This document shows positions 49,646-62,830 of a DNA stretch of 64,000 bases, one piece after another. This DNA is from Negaprion brevirostris. Lineage: Eukaryota. Numbering within the stretch: position 1 is the first letter of the stretch; the number at the start of each line of letters is the position of its first letter. The DNA is taken from the NCBI GenBank assembly GCA_030324005.1, contig JARDVH010000099.1, forward strand, positions 49,871,120-49,935,119, written 5' to 3'. Position numbers and translations under genes: made by a program. The notes under the pieces are model-generated. The model was not told the origin of the DNA and did not search any database. It saw only the letters and a program-made list of their open reading frames with translations.

Positions 49646-50904
49646 TTTATTTTAATATCCCAGGAGTCTGTTTTTCAATCTCTAGTACAAGATTAATGGC
49701 ATTGATCAAATGTTATCCGAAATTGGCTTACTGAGAATCATGTTTCACAAAATTGTTTCCCTCGCTGTTGCTAATTGTAATTGACTTTGCAATGCTAACA
49801 TATTTGGAAACCACATGCCTGCACTAAAATGAAGAGAAAGTTCTGCCTTTTACGAAAAATAANNNNNNNNNNAGTGGTTACATGGTGGAAAGGTGTTTTT
49901 GTTTTAATAAGACATGTATAAGATGGAGAAATCACATAGGTTTCAACCACCAATGTCTCTTAAAAAGAGGCAACTCTTTTTGATTTATTAGTTACATATC
50001 GTACTCTATGGATGAGGGCTTAACTTCATTTCAAGGATAAGATGCAACCTCAAAGGGAGTAATCTACCTTTCCTGTGTGAGCCATTGTTGTAAAGAATTG
50101 ATGCTATAATGTGCAGGGAGAGGCGATAACACATAATGCAAGATGCAATTGTGATTTATTATACAGCCAACATTTTATTAGTCCATTTTCTCCTGTTTGT
50201 CAGTGTTGTAAATTAAAATTGTCCATAAGGTTCACCATTCCTTTAACTTGTCTGTTGAGTGATTGACTTAAAAGCATATGAATCAAATTTTGTTTTAAAA
50301 GTGCTAGAAAGAGATCAATGTACCAGCTATCTTATCATTTTTAAGTATGTTTATCCAGCTTTGTGCTCGAAGACTGGTGGCTGCTTCAAGGCCAAATAAC
50401 ATTTGAACCTTGGTTGCAACACGTCAGCCCATTTTGAAACCATCTTTATCTAACTGAGAAACCTGAAATCTGTTTGACAAAGTGACACTAGAGCCAGCTT
50501 ATCTTAGAACAGAGTTGTATCTCACATAGGTCATTGATTCTGTGAAATTAATGTTTACATGTTGGTCTGTTTTTGTAAGCAAATTTTACTTTGAGATTGT
50601 ATGTATCAGGTTTGGAAACATGGCTGAAGACTTAAGGGGATCATTTTGCATTTGTGAATTTTACTTCTTTTTTTTCCCCCAAACTTACTTATATCCTTAA
50701 ATAAAATTGTTTTATTGTGAAAATCGAGCTGACAATTACAACTTCTTGCCAGTCGAGATCGATTGTTTATTTTAATCTTTCTGTACCAGAAAATAGAACT
50801 ACGTAAGTAGGTTGTAAACTAATAACACAATTATATTTGTAATGTCTCTCTTCCTGAATCCATGTAGATTTTTCTTGACATCTCATAGCATTGTAGAACA
50901 AACT

Positions 50905-51090
50905 CACAGAATGTTGTAGTGCTGAAAGAGGCCATTTGGCCCATCAAGCAGGTCCTCTCCTGCCCTCTTTTGGAAAGCCTGTACACTTCTTCCTTTCAGG
51001 CGCTTATCCAGTTCCATTTCGAAAGCTGAAATTCAGTTTGCTCCATCACCCTCTGGCAGCATAAGTTTTATCTCATGTCGCCTTTGCTGC
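50905..51090 (-). mobile_element. CR1 3' end fragment
   Basis: cacagaatgttgtagtgctgaaagaggccatttggcccatc is a reverse-complemented CR1 tail. Confidence 0.7.
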
Positions 51091-51724
51091 TTTTGCCAGT
51101 TGCCAACAGCAGTTGCCCCACTTTGGCATCACAATTAGGGAAAGGATCAACAGTCCAATAAGTTTGCATTGGAAAAAATGGGGTATATTAAAATGGCTGT
51201 ATAGCATCTTTCCAACTTTTCAACTATTCATTACAAAACCATATAAAACAATGCTTACTTGAGAATAGTGAAATGTCTGTTGATGAGTTGGTTAAAAGCT
51301 TGATCAACCCAGCAAAAATTATATGTTAGATTTGTTCCCTGTAATATAATTTAAACTTCCTTCGCATCACTGAGTCTTTCTTTGTCCCTTTTTACTTTGG
51401 GTATTTTTTGACCTTTGTATCTCTAGATTGGTTGTGTAGGTTACTCCCATCTTTGAAACTAATTCTTAGTGTGCCCAGGATCACACATGAAAATGCTTTA
51501 AGTTTGGTTTGTCTGTTGAACCCATCTTAGTTCTCTGCAGGAGTTTCCTCACATCTTTAAGAAATGGCAGAACATTGCTGTACCAAGTTTAGGCATTAGA
51601 TGCCAAATTAATTTATTGGACAATAAATGGCAAAAGCCAATAAATAACTAAACCAAAACACTTATACATGTTATAATAGATTATAATAACTTGGCCAATA
51701 AAGAAAATAAATAAATTGATTATT

Positions 51725-52005
51725 GCTGAAAAAGAAGCATGCTGTCGAAGCTTTTCATCTGCACTCAGCAGACAATGCAAGAATGCCTAATATAAAAGGG
51801 AGCAACAATTTGTACTGCATGCAAAAAGGGTGCTGAGTATTTAGCAAGTTGACTCTGGTCAAGGCACTGCATGGAGATTGCACCAAACAACTGTTGCCCA
51901 CCATGCTTTTGTGTGTTTCAAAAGAGATGCAACGTCTCATCCTGTACCTCCTGTTTGCACAGGGCACGTCCCTGTGTATGAATATATGTGGCTCCTAGCA
52001 AGTGA
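51725..52005 (-). mobile_element. Penelope-like terminal-repeat relic with a decayed hammerhead motif
   Basis: The - strand reads tgt-CTGCTGA-gtgcagat-GAAA-agct-tc-gaca, a minimal-hammerhead layout with one core mismatch. Confidence 0.45.
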
Positions 52006-52077
52006 AAGTGAGTCACATGTGAGCCTGACTGATCGCCTTACATTGGTTATTATTGTAATTCATAGCACATACAAAGA

Positions 52078-52356
52078 CGGTACGGTGGCACAGCTCAGGT
52101 TCGATTCCCGGTTTCGGCCACTGTCTGTGTGGAGTCTGCATGTTCTCCCTATGTCTGTGTAGGTTTCTCACGGTACTCTGGTTTCCTCCCATTGTCTGAA
52201 AGATGTGCTGGTTGGGTGCATTAGCCATGCTAAATTCTCCCCCACTGTACTCAAACCGTCGCCGAAGTGTGACAACTAGTGGATTTTCACAGTAAATTTT
52301 TATTGCAGTGTTAAGCAATGTAAGCCTACTTGTGACATCAATAAATAAACTTTAAA
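52078..52356 (+). mobile_element. HE1-like SINE (tail B)
   Basis: cggtacggtggcacag, B box ggttcgattccc, V-domain, tail ...aataaataaacttta. Confidence 0.9.
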
Positions 52357-52392
52357 ACACACTCAGTAAGTGCTGTCCAATTGGCAAATCAT

Positions 52393-52527
52393 GGCTGAGA
52401 TTCTCCATTCTAGTTCACCCTATTCGTGTTGCCAGCAAAAACAGAATTTGGAGTTCAGCCAAAGCTCCACTCACCGCAGCGGGGTCAGAAAGTCCCAGCC
52501 ATGGACGAGGTTGGAGAATTCCAGCCC
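52393..52527. mobile_element. MITE (PIF/Harbinger-like TIRs)
   Basis: TIRs ggctgagattctcca / tggagaattccagcc (13 of 15 match). Confidence 0.7.
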
Positions 52528-52984
52528 ACATGTAACGTTAGACATTATGGCTGGAATCTTCCGTTCTGGAATGATCTAAGTTTGGTCTAATTGGAAATGA
52601 TTTCTGGTGGCAGTAAGATGGTTGACCAAAAGTGATCTTGTGTCATTCAGCTCATTAAAAATGTACCCACAAGAACCTTGCTGCTTCTCACAGCAGTGAC
52701 AGACCGCATAATGTAAAATTCCGACTGCCATATTTCAAAGGCACCTAGGCAGCCTGCATTTCCCCTCTACCACCTCATCTATAAATGCAGCCCATGCACA
52801 AGGTGTTCCCAAAGAGGACAACATAGCACCAACTCACCGTTAATCATGATAAAAGTATACCTCACCTACCTGTGTTGGTGGAATTATTTTGGAGGGGAAC
52901 TTAGTTCCACTGAATTGGCCTTTTAATGAGCATACATAACATGCGAATGCATGTCAAAGGGATTCCCAACATTGTTTGTCAGGA

Positions 52985-53100
52985 AGAACTTTGGTGAGGT
53001 CACAGTTAGAGTATTGTGTTCAGTTCTGGTTGCCAAACTATCATAGAATCCTTATAGTGCAGAAGGAGGCCATTTGGCCCATTATGTCTGAATCAACTCT
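52985..53100. mobile_element. CR1 fragments (+ strand LVRSQLEYCVQFWLP, then a - strand tail)
   Basis: ttggtgaggtcacagttagagtattgtgttcagttctgg, followed by tcatagaatcc...cagaaggaggccatttggccc. Confidence 0.75.
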
Positions 53101-55081
53101 TTAACATCATTAAGAGGCCTGCTCACCACCACGCTCCAATCACGCATATGAGGTGGGCAAACTTTCTGCAGCTTGCTTATCGTGCCAGATAGTAGGATGA
53201 AGGTGTCCCTTGAGAAGGGGCATGAAGTAGGAAAATACTGCCGTCCTGCCACCCAAAAAAGATGAGGCCATCCAATTTCAATCCAACACTTCCTAAAATT
53301 CAAATAAAAATATTTTGTTCAATGATGCTTCCTGTGCCACAAAAGTTTAAATCCAACTTCCAGTTTCCTGACCTCAGTCCTATTACTGTGTTGAGGTTCT
53401 GAATAGGCTCCCAACACAAAGGAATGAACAATCTTAGGGCAAGTTGTATGTAGGCCACCCCTGAGCAGACCTTGAAAGTAAACATTGGTGCACATTTGGA
53501 AACCGAGTATTCGAACAGTGAGGTGACTCTGTTGATTTCATAACATGTCCGAAAAGGAGTATTAGTGAAGAGAAAACAGGGATCAATACTCCCTCACTAG
53601 GTTTAGCCCATTTGGATAACTACATTTCCAAATATGTTAGTAAAAAAATTGAGGAACCATTGATTCCTTGTACTTTCCATAAACACACGCGCACACACAT
53701 TTTGTTCATTATTGCCTAACTCATGGCATGTGCTTGGCTCAATCGCTTTGTGGGATTTGGCTAGAGTGAATCATTACTTACAGTTCAAACTCCATGTCAT
53801 AGTTTCATCTGGAGATCTGGGTGAAGTTTTTTTTTGTACAACTTGCAGGGGTAGCATGCCCTGCTTTGGCATACATGGTGTCCACCACCTCTCTAATGAA
53901 TTTATTGAGGTAGATGGTTACAATGTGAAGCTGAGCCTCAAATCCTGCATGATGAGCTGACATCTCAGGACAGCTAGGCAGCAGGTTCTGTTGTGTCGAG
54001 CACGAACTTGTGCAGCAAAGAGTTGACCGAAGTTTTATTTAGAGATCTCACAATAGGATTGTCTGTGAAGGCACATAATCATGTACAAAGAAATGAAAAT
54101 CCCTGTTTTTGCAGAATGCCAACATAATCCTGTCATTTGCTGTGGAAATACAACCCTTTGGATAAATAAAACTTGGTAGTGGTGGTTTTAATCCATTTTC
54201 TATTTATTTCTGTTCTGGTTGTTTACAATTGCATAAAATATAGCTGCACTTAATACCCGAGGATTGTGGGCATTTATCATGTTCAATGCTAAAAATTAAA
54301 TTATTGAATTCAAGACAGGACTTTAAATAAATTGAAGTGGGGGAGAAGGCTGATTGAGTAAATCACTGTGGAAAATAGTTGATATCTGATGAGTGTCCCT
54401 TAGCAAACAACATAAAAAGTTGCAAGAGTGTCATTGTTTGAAGCAGCTACTGGATTAAATTCTTTCTAATCAGTCCGGATCTTCGTCTTGTTATACAGTG
54501 ATTTCTGTTTGTGAATATAATTCTTTAGTTTGTTTTATTCAAAAATTCATGTTCAAATGTATTACCTTCAAAGCAGAGTGCAATGCTGTGAAACAACAGC
54601 TCTGTCCTAGGCAGAAGTGTTGCATCCCCCGCTTCCCCAGTGGCAGTTGTTCTCTATTCTACCCCAATGTTTTAAGTGAATGGGATTTTAAAGGCCTAGC
54701 TTAAATTAACTTCTGAATGACTTTAGAGACTTGCTTGTCAAAGTATATGTGAAGACAGGAGTGGGCAAAAGTGTTGTCAGCCCAACCATAACGTTTACTG
54801 AGTTTGATATTGTGATGGTGCAATGATCCATGAAAATACTGGGGCGAAATATTTTGAGTAATGCACTGAACCTTTGTGCCACACTATTCCATGTCAATAT
54901 TTTTTTCTGCTCTCATAGCAGTCTGACCGTAAAAGCAGCTCTAAAATTGAAATAAAATATTGGGGTTCGCGGGTGTACAACTCTTCACAGCCTTAAAAAG
55001 AGCAAGGAAGTGGGAGCATGCAGAATATTAGTGCTGGCATATACTACTCAAGAAGTAGGAGCTCACAGATCAACTTAAGTC

Positions 55082-55177
55082 TGCCGGCGTTGCTGGTGAC
55101 GTGGCAGTGCCGGCGTTGCTGGTGACGTGGCAGTGCCGGCGTTGCTGGTGACGTGGCAGTGCCGGCGTTGCTGGTGA
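55082..55177. repeat. Perfect 26-bp minisatellite x3.7
   Basis: Unit tgccggcgttgctggtgacgtggcag, identical copies with no spacers. Confidence 0.95.
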
Positions 55178-56694
55178 TTTGCACTGAGAATCTGAATGAA
55201 TGGACATTTTGTCCAATGAGAAATTAGTATTCGTAGTAACCTCACATTCTGAACTACATACCTTGCATCATGTCATTTCCTTCAAATCTTATGACAAAAC
55301 ATAACCACTTAGATCACGTATGTGTGTCAGAAAAGAAATTGGGATACAGTATGCTGGTTAGGATCTTTGACAGTTCACTTAAATCGGCATTATAATAGCA
55401 TTGCCACATACAGTATCAAAGTAGAAAATCACATTAAGCACATGTTACTGTAAAGTTTATGGGCTCATACCATGCCATAAATCTGGCTTTTTAAGTACCT
55501 TAGTGGGAAGGCATTAAGTTCTGCAGGATAGAGCCTTTTTCTCTTTGCACCTGTTTATTCCACTAACCACATTTTAACCGCTCTGCAACCCTTTTCCAAG
55601 TTAGGCAAAGTAATCTTGTAATCTTAATCACTAATCACAAATTAAGTCTAATAAAATCTCCCTTTTAGTTTTAAGTACAGTTTCTTTGTTGGTCTCTTAG
55701 CTTGGTCTCTGTGCCTACAACTCGGTTTGAAGCTGCAAGAATTTCTTTTTTTTTGTAAGTTGCTGACCAAACCAGAATGTTTTCACTCCGAGCCACAATT
55801 AGCGATGGGTATGTGTCCATTTCTTACCTAATGGGATCATCCCACTACCAAGAGGTATTAAGAATTGATTATTGTCTGTAAAGTGGCCGGACCAAGCTGT
55901 TAGCCTACTCGAGTGAACAGACATGCATTTTTAATCTACTGACTAATGAGGAAGAATTTTAAACCTGGAATTACTGAGCTCTGCTTCCCTCAAATTTGAA
56001 AATATTGGAAGTAAGAGAACTATAGATCATGTTTCCTCATTTCACTGAAAACCTCTTGAATGGAATGAAATGGAACACTTTGAGAGTCCTCCCAGATGAG
56101 CTGCTGTTTCTCCACTTGATTTTTATTTTCAGAATTTCTCAGTGACACTGTCTTTATATTTTATGACCATTTTCTTAATGTTTAAATTTCATTTTAAGGA
56201 ATGAATCTCTGAGTCTGCAGAAATGTTTAACATAATGTTGTAGTTGCACAAACCATCCACAGTTAAAAGCGTGCGTGATGGGCAAAATGTCCTTCATTCT
56301 TTAGACATGGAATTGACTGTGTCTGCAGAGTAGAACAAGTCCCCAGCTTATGTCACTGCTATCAGGAGATGCAATTCTCCTTGATCAATATTTGCTTAAC
56401 AAACAGCAGGGAACGGTGAGTTTGTTCAGAGAAGTCATGTGCATGCAAGGGTGAATGAATGTTCGGTGAAGTACTTTGACTATTTGCCTCCTGCTGTTTT
56501 TTTTTTGCCCCTCTTGTGTCCTGCTTTGTTCCAAACCAGGGGGACATGCATCTACACAAATTTCCCAAACAAAATAACAATTGGAATGTCTGCGGCGTAA
56601 AGTACTGATGACAAATAAGCGTCACCCAGGTTCCTTTTATTAGACTCAGCAATTCCTAGAACTTAAGAACATAATAACCCACTGCACCTCCTCA

Positions 56695-56710
56695 GCATCA
56701 GGTGGCAGCA
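56695..56710 (+). promoter_or_regulatory. Candidate CTCF site
   Basis: gcatcaggtggcagca matches 14 of 16 positions of CCASYAGRKGGCRSYV; motif match only. Confidence 0.35.
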
Positions 56711-58642
56711 GTCAATCAAATCGCCGTGAGCTTGTCAGGACAAAAGAGCGCGTAGTTTGTACAATGTAAATGGAGTCACTTTGTTCCAAAGAATCACCTC
56801 ATTTCTAAGTTGCTCTGCCTTCGAGGGTCATTTGTTTGATCTTCTGACTGTCCCCAGACTCGGCAGCACATTATAAAAGCCTGACATAGCAGCCTGCCTG
56901 CCTTCTGTGTCCTGCGGATACTCATCATAAGTGTCAGTACGTACCAAGGTTAGCAGTCACTGAAACCGTGCTTGTTTGCCCTGCCTTCACAAAACACTTA
57001 CAAGTGAACCAATGTCACTTGTATTGGGAGGGGGAATTTTACAAAGATGAAAGAGACAAGAGCCTGGCTTTTGCTATTTTCCCCCAAAAAACAAACTGAT
57101 TTGCAAAACCTTTCTAAAAGGGAAATTAATCACACCCAGTAAGTCCCTAAAGATATTTAGTTCCCAAAAAGTTCAATTTCTGTCATTTAATTACTTCAAG
57201 GGTTAACAAATGCTGCTGTGGTACCGTCTCATTTTTTGACTGTAAAAGGGAATCGTGTGCTTACTATTATAAGAAGATAACAGTAGGGAGGAGGGCAAGG
57301 AGAAANNNNNNNNNNTCCTCGCCTTGGAGAGAGGGTTATTCTTGTCACTGCCTTTTGTCTACATCTGCTGACTGCTTGCCTGAAGCCAGCAGCATGCTTT
57401 AACTGTTCAGTCACCTCCTAACATCACATGCATCAGCTGTTGTTCTTTTGTTAGAGGTTTTGTACGTCTAATCCACTGTGACCATACTGCTGCACAGTAA
57501 ATCAAATGTAGATTGTTTCTGGGATGACTTCCTCATAAATATTTTAGACAACCTTTACTGCCTTTATTCTTAAAAATTGAAAAACAGATTAAACTTAAAT
57601 GCTTATCTGCTGAGTATATTGATGATCTCTAGATACTTCCTGCTGCTAATTGTAATTTAGGAAGGGTAAGGACATGACATTAACCCTTTGATGACCAAAA
57701 GACATTTTTTTTTAAAATTCCCCCTTTCAACCTTGACATTTTGGAAACGAAGAACAAAGTAACCTTTGAGAAAACTCTCTCAATGTAAGTGAAATGTATG
57801 TGAATGCACTTTTAGCATAAAGGCTTTTTCAAAATTCCTATTTACTACCCATTTTGTTTCAAATAAATTAGAATGTAATTAAAACAGTAATTTCACATGA
57901 GCACACACTAACCAGTGTCTTAAAAATAGCAGTTGGGGACTTTAAGCCAAATTTGTTGCATTCTTGGAACTAAAACTGAATCTGTGTGTTTGAGCTGATG
58001 ACAAATGGGTATTTATGATCATGTGATTGATTCCTGCAGGATACTTAACCCGATTCCATAGAGGAAACCTGGAAGTTTGATTATGTTTCCACTCCCTTTA
58101 TCGGAATCAAGAATGGGCTAAAACTCTACTCCGTAGATGCTGATGATTAGTAACAGCGCAAATGATATTAAATTTACAGAAAGCTGCTGTAGAGACACTA
58201 GTGAAGAATGGTAAAGTGCACAGCCTCTATTAAAGTTAACTTTGTTCCAACTTTGCATAAATGGCCTGGCATAAGAAGCCTGCTGCAATAAATAAGGATT
58301 CCAAAATGCACATTGCATGACACTAAAAACTATTGGTGTCACAAATAATATCTGTATTAAGATTGATTGGGTTAGAAGGGAAGACGAGGACTAACATTTG
58401 CAGCCTTATGTTTCTGAATTATTATTGTGTATATAGAGAATGTATATATGCAGTTGAGCAATATATGTTCTATCTCCTTGACTTCATAATTAAGCTGGGT
58501 ACCTTGTAAATGGGACTTTGACCTTTTACTTGACTTGTTTGTTGATAAGGATGTCCATTATCGTGCATCCTGTTTATGTCACACATTGAGTTGACAAAAA
58601 TAGTTAGATGTAATATTACATGGGAAATTGATCGATGCACAG

Positions 58643-58972
58643 AGTCATACATACAACTCCTGCAGTGCAGAAGAGGCTGTTCAGCCCGTCGAGTCTGCAC
58701 CGACTCTCTGACTGGTTATCTTGCCCAGCTCTCTTCCCCACCCTAATCCATCTAACCCACACATCTTGGGAAATTAAGGAACAATTTAACATGGCCAGCC
58801 CACCTAATCCCCATGTCTTTGGACTGTGGGAGGAAACTGGAGCACCCAGAAGAAACCCACGCAGACATGGGAAGAACATGCAAGCTCCACACGGACAGTC
58901 ACCCAAGACTGGAATTGAACCCGGGTCTCTGGATCTATGAAGCAGCAGTGCTAACCACTGTGCCGTCGTGCC
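58643..58972 (-). mobile_element. HE1 SINE with CR1-type tail A
   Basis: Reverse complement gives ggcacgacggcacagtggttagcac...ggttcaattcc, V-domain, tail gacgggctgaacagcctcttctgcactgc. Confidence 0.9.
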
Positions 58973-59984
58973 ACTCTGGTTGCTGAATAACTGTGCTGAT
59001 ATCACTGAGAGTCCTTTCCCCTTGTACCACCTGTTATCCTTTGCAATAGACTCCATGAGATCAAAATATTCTATGGTTGCCTCACGTGATGCAAGGTCTC
59101 AAAACTGGCAACCACAGGACTGAGTCCATGCCAGATTTAGGGTTGGGTAGTTGGGGCCATGAGTGGTAGGATCACAGGTCCTTTGGATCATGGAAACAGA
59201 CCAGTACTCAAACAGTGAAGCAGACAAATAATCCAATAACAAACATACCACGCCAATATAGTGCCTAGCTAAATGCTCCAATGCGTTTTTTTTCCAATTA
59301 AAATTGACGCATGGCACACTGCAAAAATATCCGTATTCACACAACTCTGGCTTCTGGACAGCCAGATTTGAGACACTGAATGTATAACTTTTTCTAACTT
59401 AGAAATGCTGAATGTTGACCATCACTGATTTGGCATCAGTAGCATTTTTCTTCCTTAAATTTGGGAGCATATACGTCATTAATTTTTCTTTAAGTTTAAA
59501 CTTTTGGCACTTTTTAAGTTACTTGACATTGCTAATGATATGGATTGCATTGAGTTGACTAGAAAGATAGGGAATGCAACCAACTTGATCAGCCCCCTAT
59601 TCTTTCTTTGTATTTTTTTTAGTCGTGTTGTACCCACTNNNNNNNNNNAAGTGGACTGTGTCAGTTCCTGATGCTACCAATATCTGTGTCTTCCATCAAC
59701 TTTCCCTTTCACTTAATATATTGTCATCAACCTTTCCTAACTGCAACATGCCTAACAATAATTCTTATAAGTCCTAAATAATGTGGACATACTACTCAGT
59801 TTTCTCATCATGATGAATTTTTGTAACTTCTCTTTCATGCTTCTTCTGGGACCCCCTCCTGGACAAAAATCTTGTCAAACTTGTTTTAGGGTTTTGCTTC
59901 AAATTATTTGGCGTTCTAATAAGTATTTCAAAAATGGAAATCAGCATTTTCATAAAGCAAAAGAGATCCATGAACAAGCTCTAT

Positions 59985-60145
59985 AACCCCTGAAATTTAG
60001 AAGAATGAGAGGTGATCTTATTGAAATTTGTAAAATTCTCAAGGGGCTAGATAGGCTGGATGCTGGTAGAATGTTTCTCCTGCCTGGGGAGTCAGGACCT
60101 GGAATCACACACTCAGAATAAAAAGGTGGCTATTTAGGGTTGAGT
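59985..60145 (+). mobile_element. CR1 ORF2 C-terminal fragment
   Basis: Reads LKFRRMRGDLIEICKILKGLDRLDAGRMF. Confidence 0.85.
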
Positions 60146-61173
60146 TAAAGTACTGTAGTGATATTTTACTGGGCCAGTAATCCAGAGACTCAGAGTAATG
60201 CTCTGGGTAGTCCAAAGGTAATGTTCCAATCCAAGTTTGAATTTAATCGATAAAAATCTGGAATTAAAAGTCTAATGATGACCATGTCATTGTCAATTGA
60301 TGTAAAAATCCATTTGATTTGCCAATGCCTTTTAGAGAACAAAATCTACTATCCTTACTTCTTCTGGCCTAATTGTCACTCTAGATCAATTGCAATGTGG
60401 TTGACTCCTAATTACCCTCTGAAATTGCATAACAAGTCAGTTGATTATATCCAACCAATAAGGTATTGTAACATTGACCCAGGCACCAGAAAGGACAGTG
60501 GCAAACTCAGTCCAATCAACCCTGAAAAACCCTGCTTACTAACATCTGGAGGCTAGTGCTAAAGCCTGACATAGTCATTCTCATGGAATACCTTATGGAC
60601 AGTGTCCCATACAACACCATTACCATCTCTGGGTATGTCCTGTCCCACCAGCAGGACAGACCCAGTAGAGTTGGCAGCAGAGTTAGGAGCGAGTTGCCTT
60701 GGGAGTCTTCAACAATACCGACGTCTCGTGGCATCAGGTAAAACATGGGCAAGGAAACTTCCTGCTCATTACCATGTACTGGCCTACCTACCCCTTAGCT
60801 GATGAATCAGTACCCCTCCATGGTTGAACACTAGTTGGAGGAAGCACTGAGGGTGGCAAGGGCCAGAGTGCGGTAGTACCACCAGACACTAAGCTGGTCA
60901 AGTCCTGAAGAACATAACTACTACACTGGGTCTGTCAGGTGGTGCAGGAACCAACAAGAGAAAAAAAAATACTTGACTTCATCCTCACCAACCTGCCTGC
61001 CACTGGCGCATCTGTCCATGACAGTATCAGTAGGAATGACCGCTGCACACTCTCTGTGGAGACAAAGTCCCACCTTCACAGAGCGGATGCCCTCCATTAT
61101 GTTGTGTGGCACCACCACCATGCTAAATGGAATAGACTTTGAACAAGTCCAGCAAATCAAGACTGGGCATCTA

Positions 61174-62059
61174 AGTTTTAAGTTTAAATTTATTTGTTCT
61201 CACTGGAATGATGGATATGGACTATGAGGGACATGGACAGAGTGGATAGTCAGAAGCTTTCTCCCAGACTGGAAGACTCAGTTACTAGGAGGCATAAGTT
61301 TAAGGTATGAGGGTAGATGCAAGGTGCAAGGTTTAAAGGAGATATACAAGGCAAGTTTTTTTACACAGAGGGTGGTAGGCACTGTGGAACTCGCTGCCAT
61401 GGGAGGTAGTGGAAGCAGAGACGATAGTGATTTTAAGGGGCATCTTGGCAAATATGTGACTAGGATGGGAATGGAGGGATATGGTCCCTGGGAGGATAGG
61501 AGGTTTTAATTCAGTCAGTGCAGGCTTGGNNNNNNNNNNNNNNNNNNNNNNNNNNNNNNNNNNNNNNNNNNNNNNNNNNNNNNNNNNNNNNNNNNNNNNN
61601 NNNNNNNNNNNNNNNNNNNNNNNNNNNNNTATGTGACTAGGATGGGAATGGAGGGATATGGTCCCTGGGAGGATAGGAGGTTTTAATTCAGTCAGTGCAG
61701 GCTTGGAGGTCCGAAGGGCCTGTTCCTGTGCTGTTAATTTCTTTGTTCTTTATTTATTCGTGTCACAAGTAGGCTTACATTAACACTGCAATGAGGTTAC
61801 TGTGAAATTCTCCTAGTCACCACAGCCCAGCACCTGTTTGGGTACACAGAGCGAATTTAGCATGGACAGTGCACCTAACCAGCACATCTTTTGGACTGAG
61901 AGAGGAAACCGGCACACCCAGTGGAAACCCAAGCAAACACAGGGATGGTGGACGTGGGGAGAACGTGCTGACTGTGCACAAACAGTGACCCAAGCTAGGA
62001 ATCGAACCTGGATTCCTGGCGCTATGAGGTAGCAATACTAACCACTGTCACCGTGCCGC
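61174..62059 (-). mobile_element. HE1-like SINE (tail B) with a CR1 inserted in its tail
   Basis: Reverse-complemented head gcggcacggtgacagtggttag at 62059. Tail pieces at 61174-61203 and 61750-61810. Confidence 0.85.
61205..61750 (+). mobile_element. CR1 3' end
   Basis: FFTQRVVG motif and tail gaagggcctgttcctgtgctg...tctttgttcttt. Confidence 0.85.
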
Positions 62060-62499
62060 TCTATGTGGAACTATGGACCATCAGCAGAATTGTACTCGAC
62101 CACAATCTGTAACCTCGTGACCTTGGATAGTCCCCAAATTATCATTATCAACAAGCCAGGGGATCAACCTTGGTTCAGTGAAGAATGCAGCAGGGCATCT
62201 AGGGACAACGCCGGACATACCTAAAAATCAGGTGACAATGTGATGAAGCTACAACCCTGCTGCTTGCGTGCCAACAGAAAACACATCAAGCAATAGACGG
62301 AGCTAAGCGATTTCCCCAACCAACAGATCAAATTTAAACTCTGCCATCCTACTGCATCCAGCAGGTAGTGGACAGTTCAACAACTCACTGGAGGAGGAGG
62401 AGGCTCCACAAATATCCCCATCCTCAATGATGCAGGAACCCAGCACATCATTTTCAGAGAAAAGGCTGCTACACATCAATGCAAGACATAAGGCTGTAA

Positions 62500-62830
62500 G
62501 GGGAGGTAGTGGTATAGTGGTATTGTCGCTGAATTAATAACCCAGAGACCCAGGGTAATACTGTAGGAACCCACATTTGAATCCCACCATGGCAGATGGT
62601 GAAATTTTATTTCAATAAATTTCTGGAATTAAATGTCAGATGTTGACTGTGAAACTATTGTCGATTGTTGCAAAAACCCATCAAACTCATTAATGGGAAG
62701 GAAATCTATCATCCTTACCTGGTCCGGCCTACACGTGACTCCAGACCCACATCAAATATGGTTGACTCTTAAATGGACAATAAATGCTGGCCCAGCCAGT
62801 GATGCCCATATCTCATGAATAAATTTTTTA
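62500..62830 (+). mobile_element. tRNA(Ser-like)-headed SINE carrying this LINE family's tail
   Basis: A box tggtatagtgg, B-box relic tttgaatccc, tail caataaatgctggcccagccagtgatgccc...gaataaa. Confidence 0.9.

Noticed and set aside
55082-55177. 26-bp repeats as a CRISPR array
   Set aside because: The units are contiguous with no spacers, there are no cas genes, and the DNA is vertebrate.
61455-61706. ~75-bp direct repeat on both sides of the gap
   Set aside because: Identical sequence flanking a 100-N gap indicates an unmerged contig overlap.
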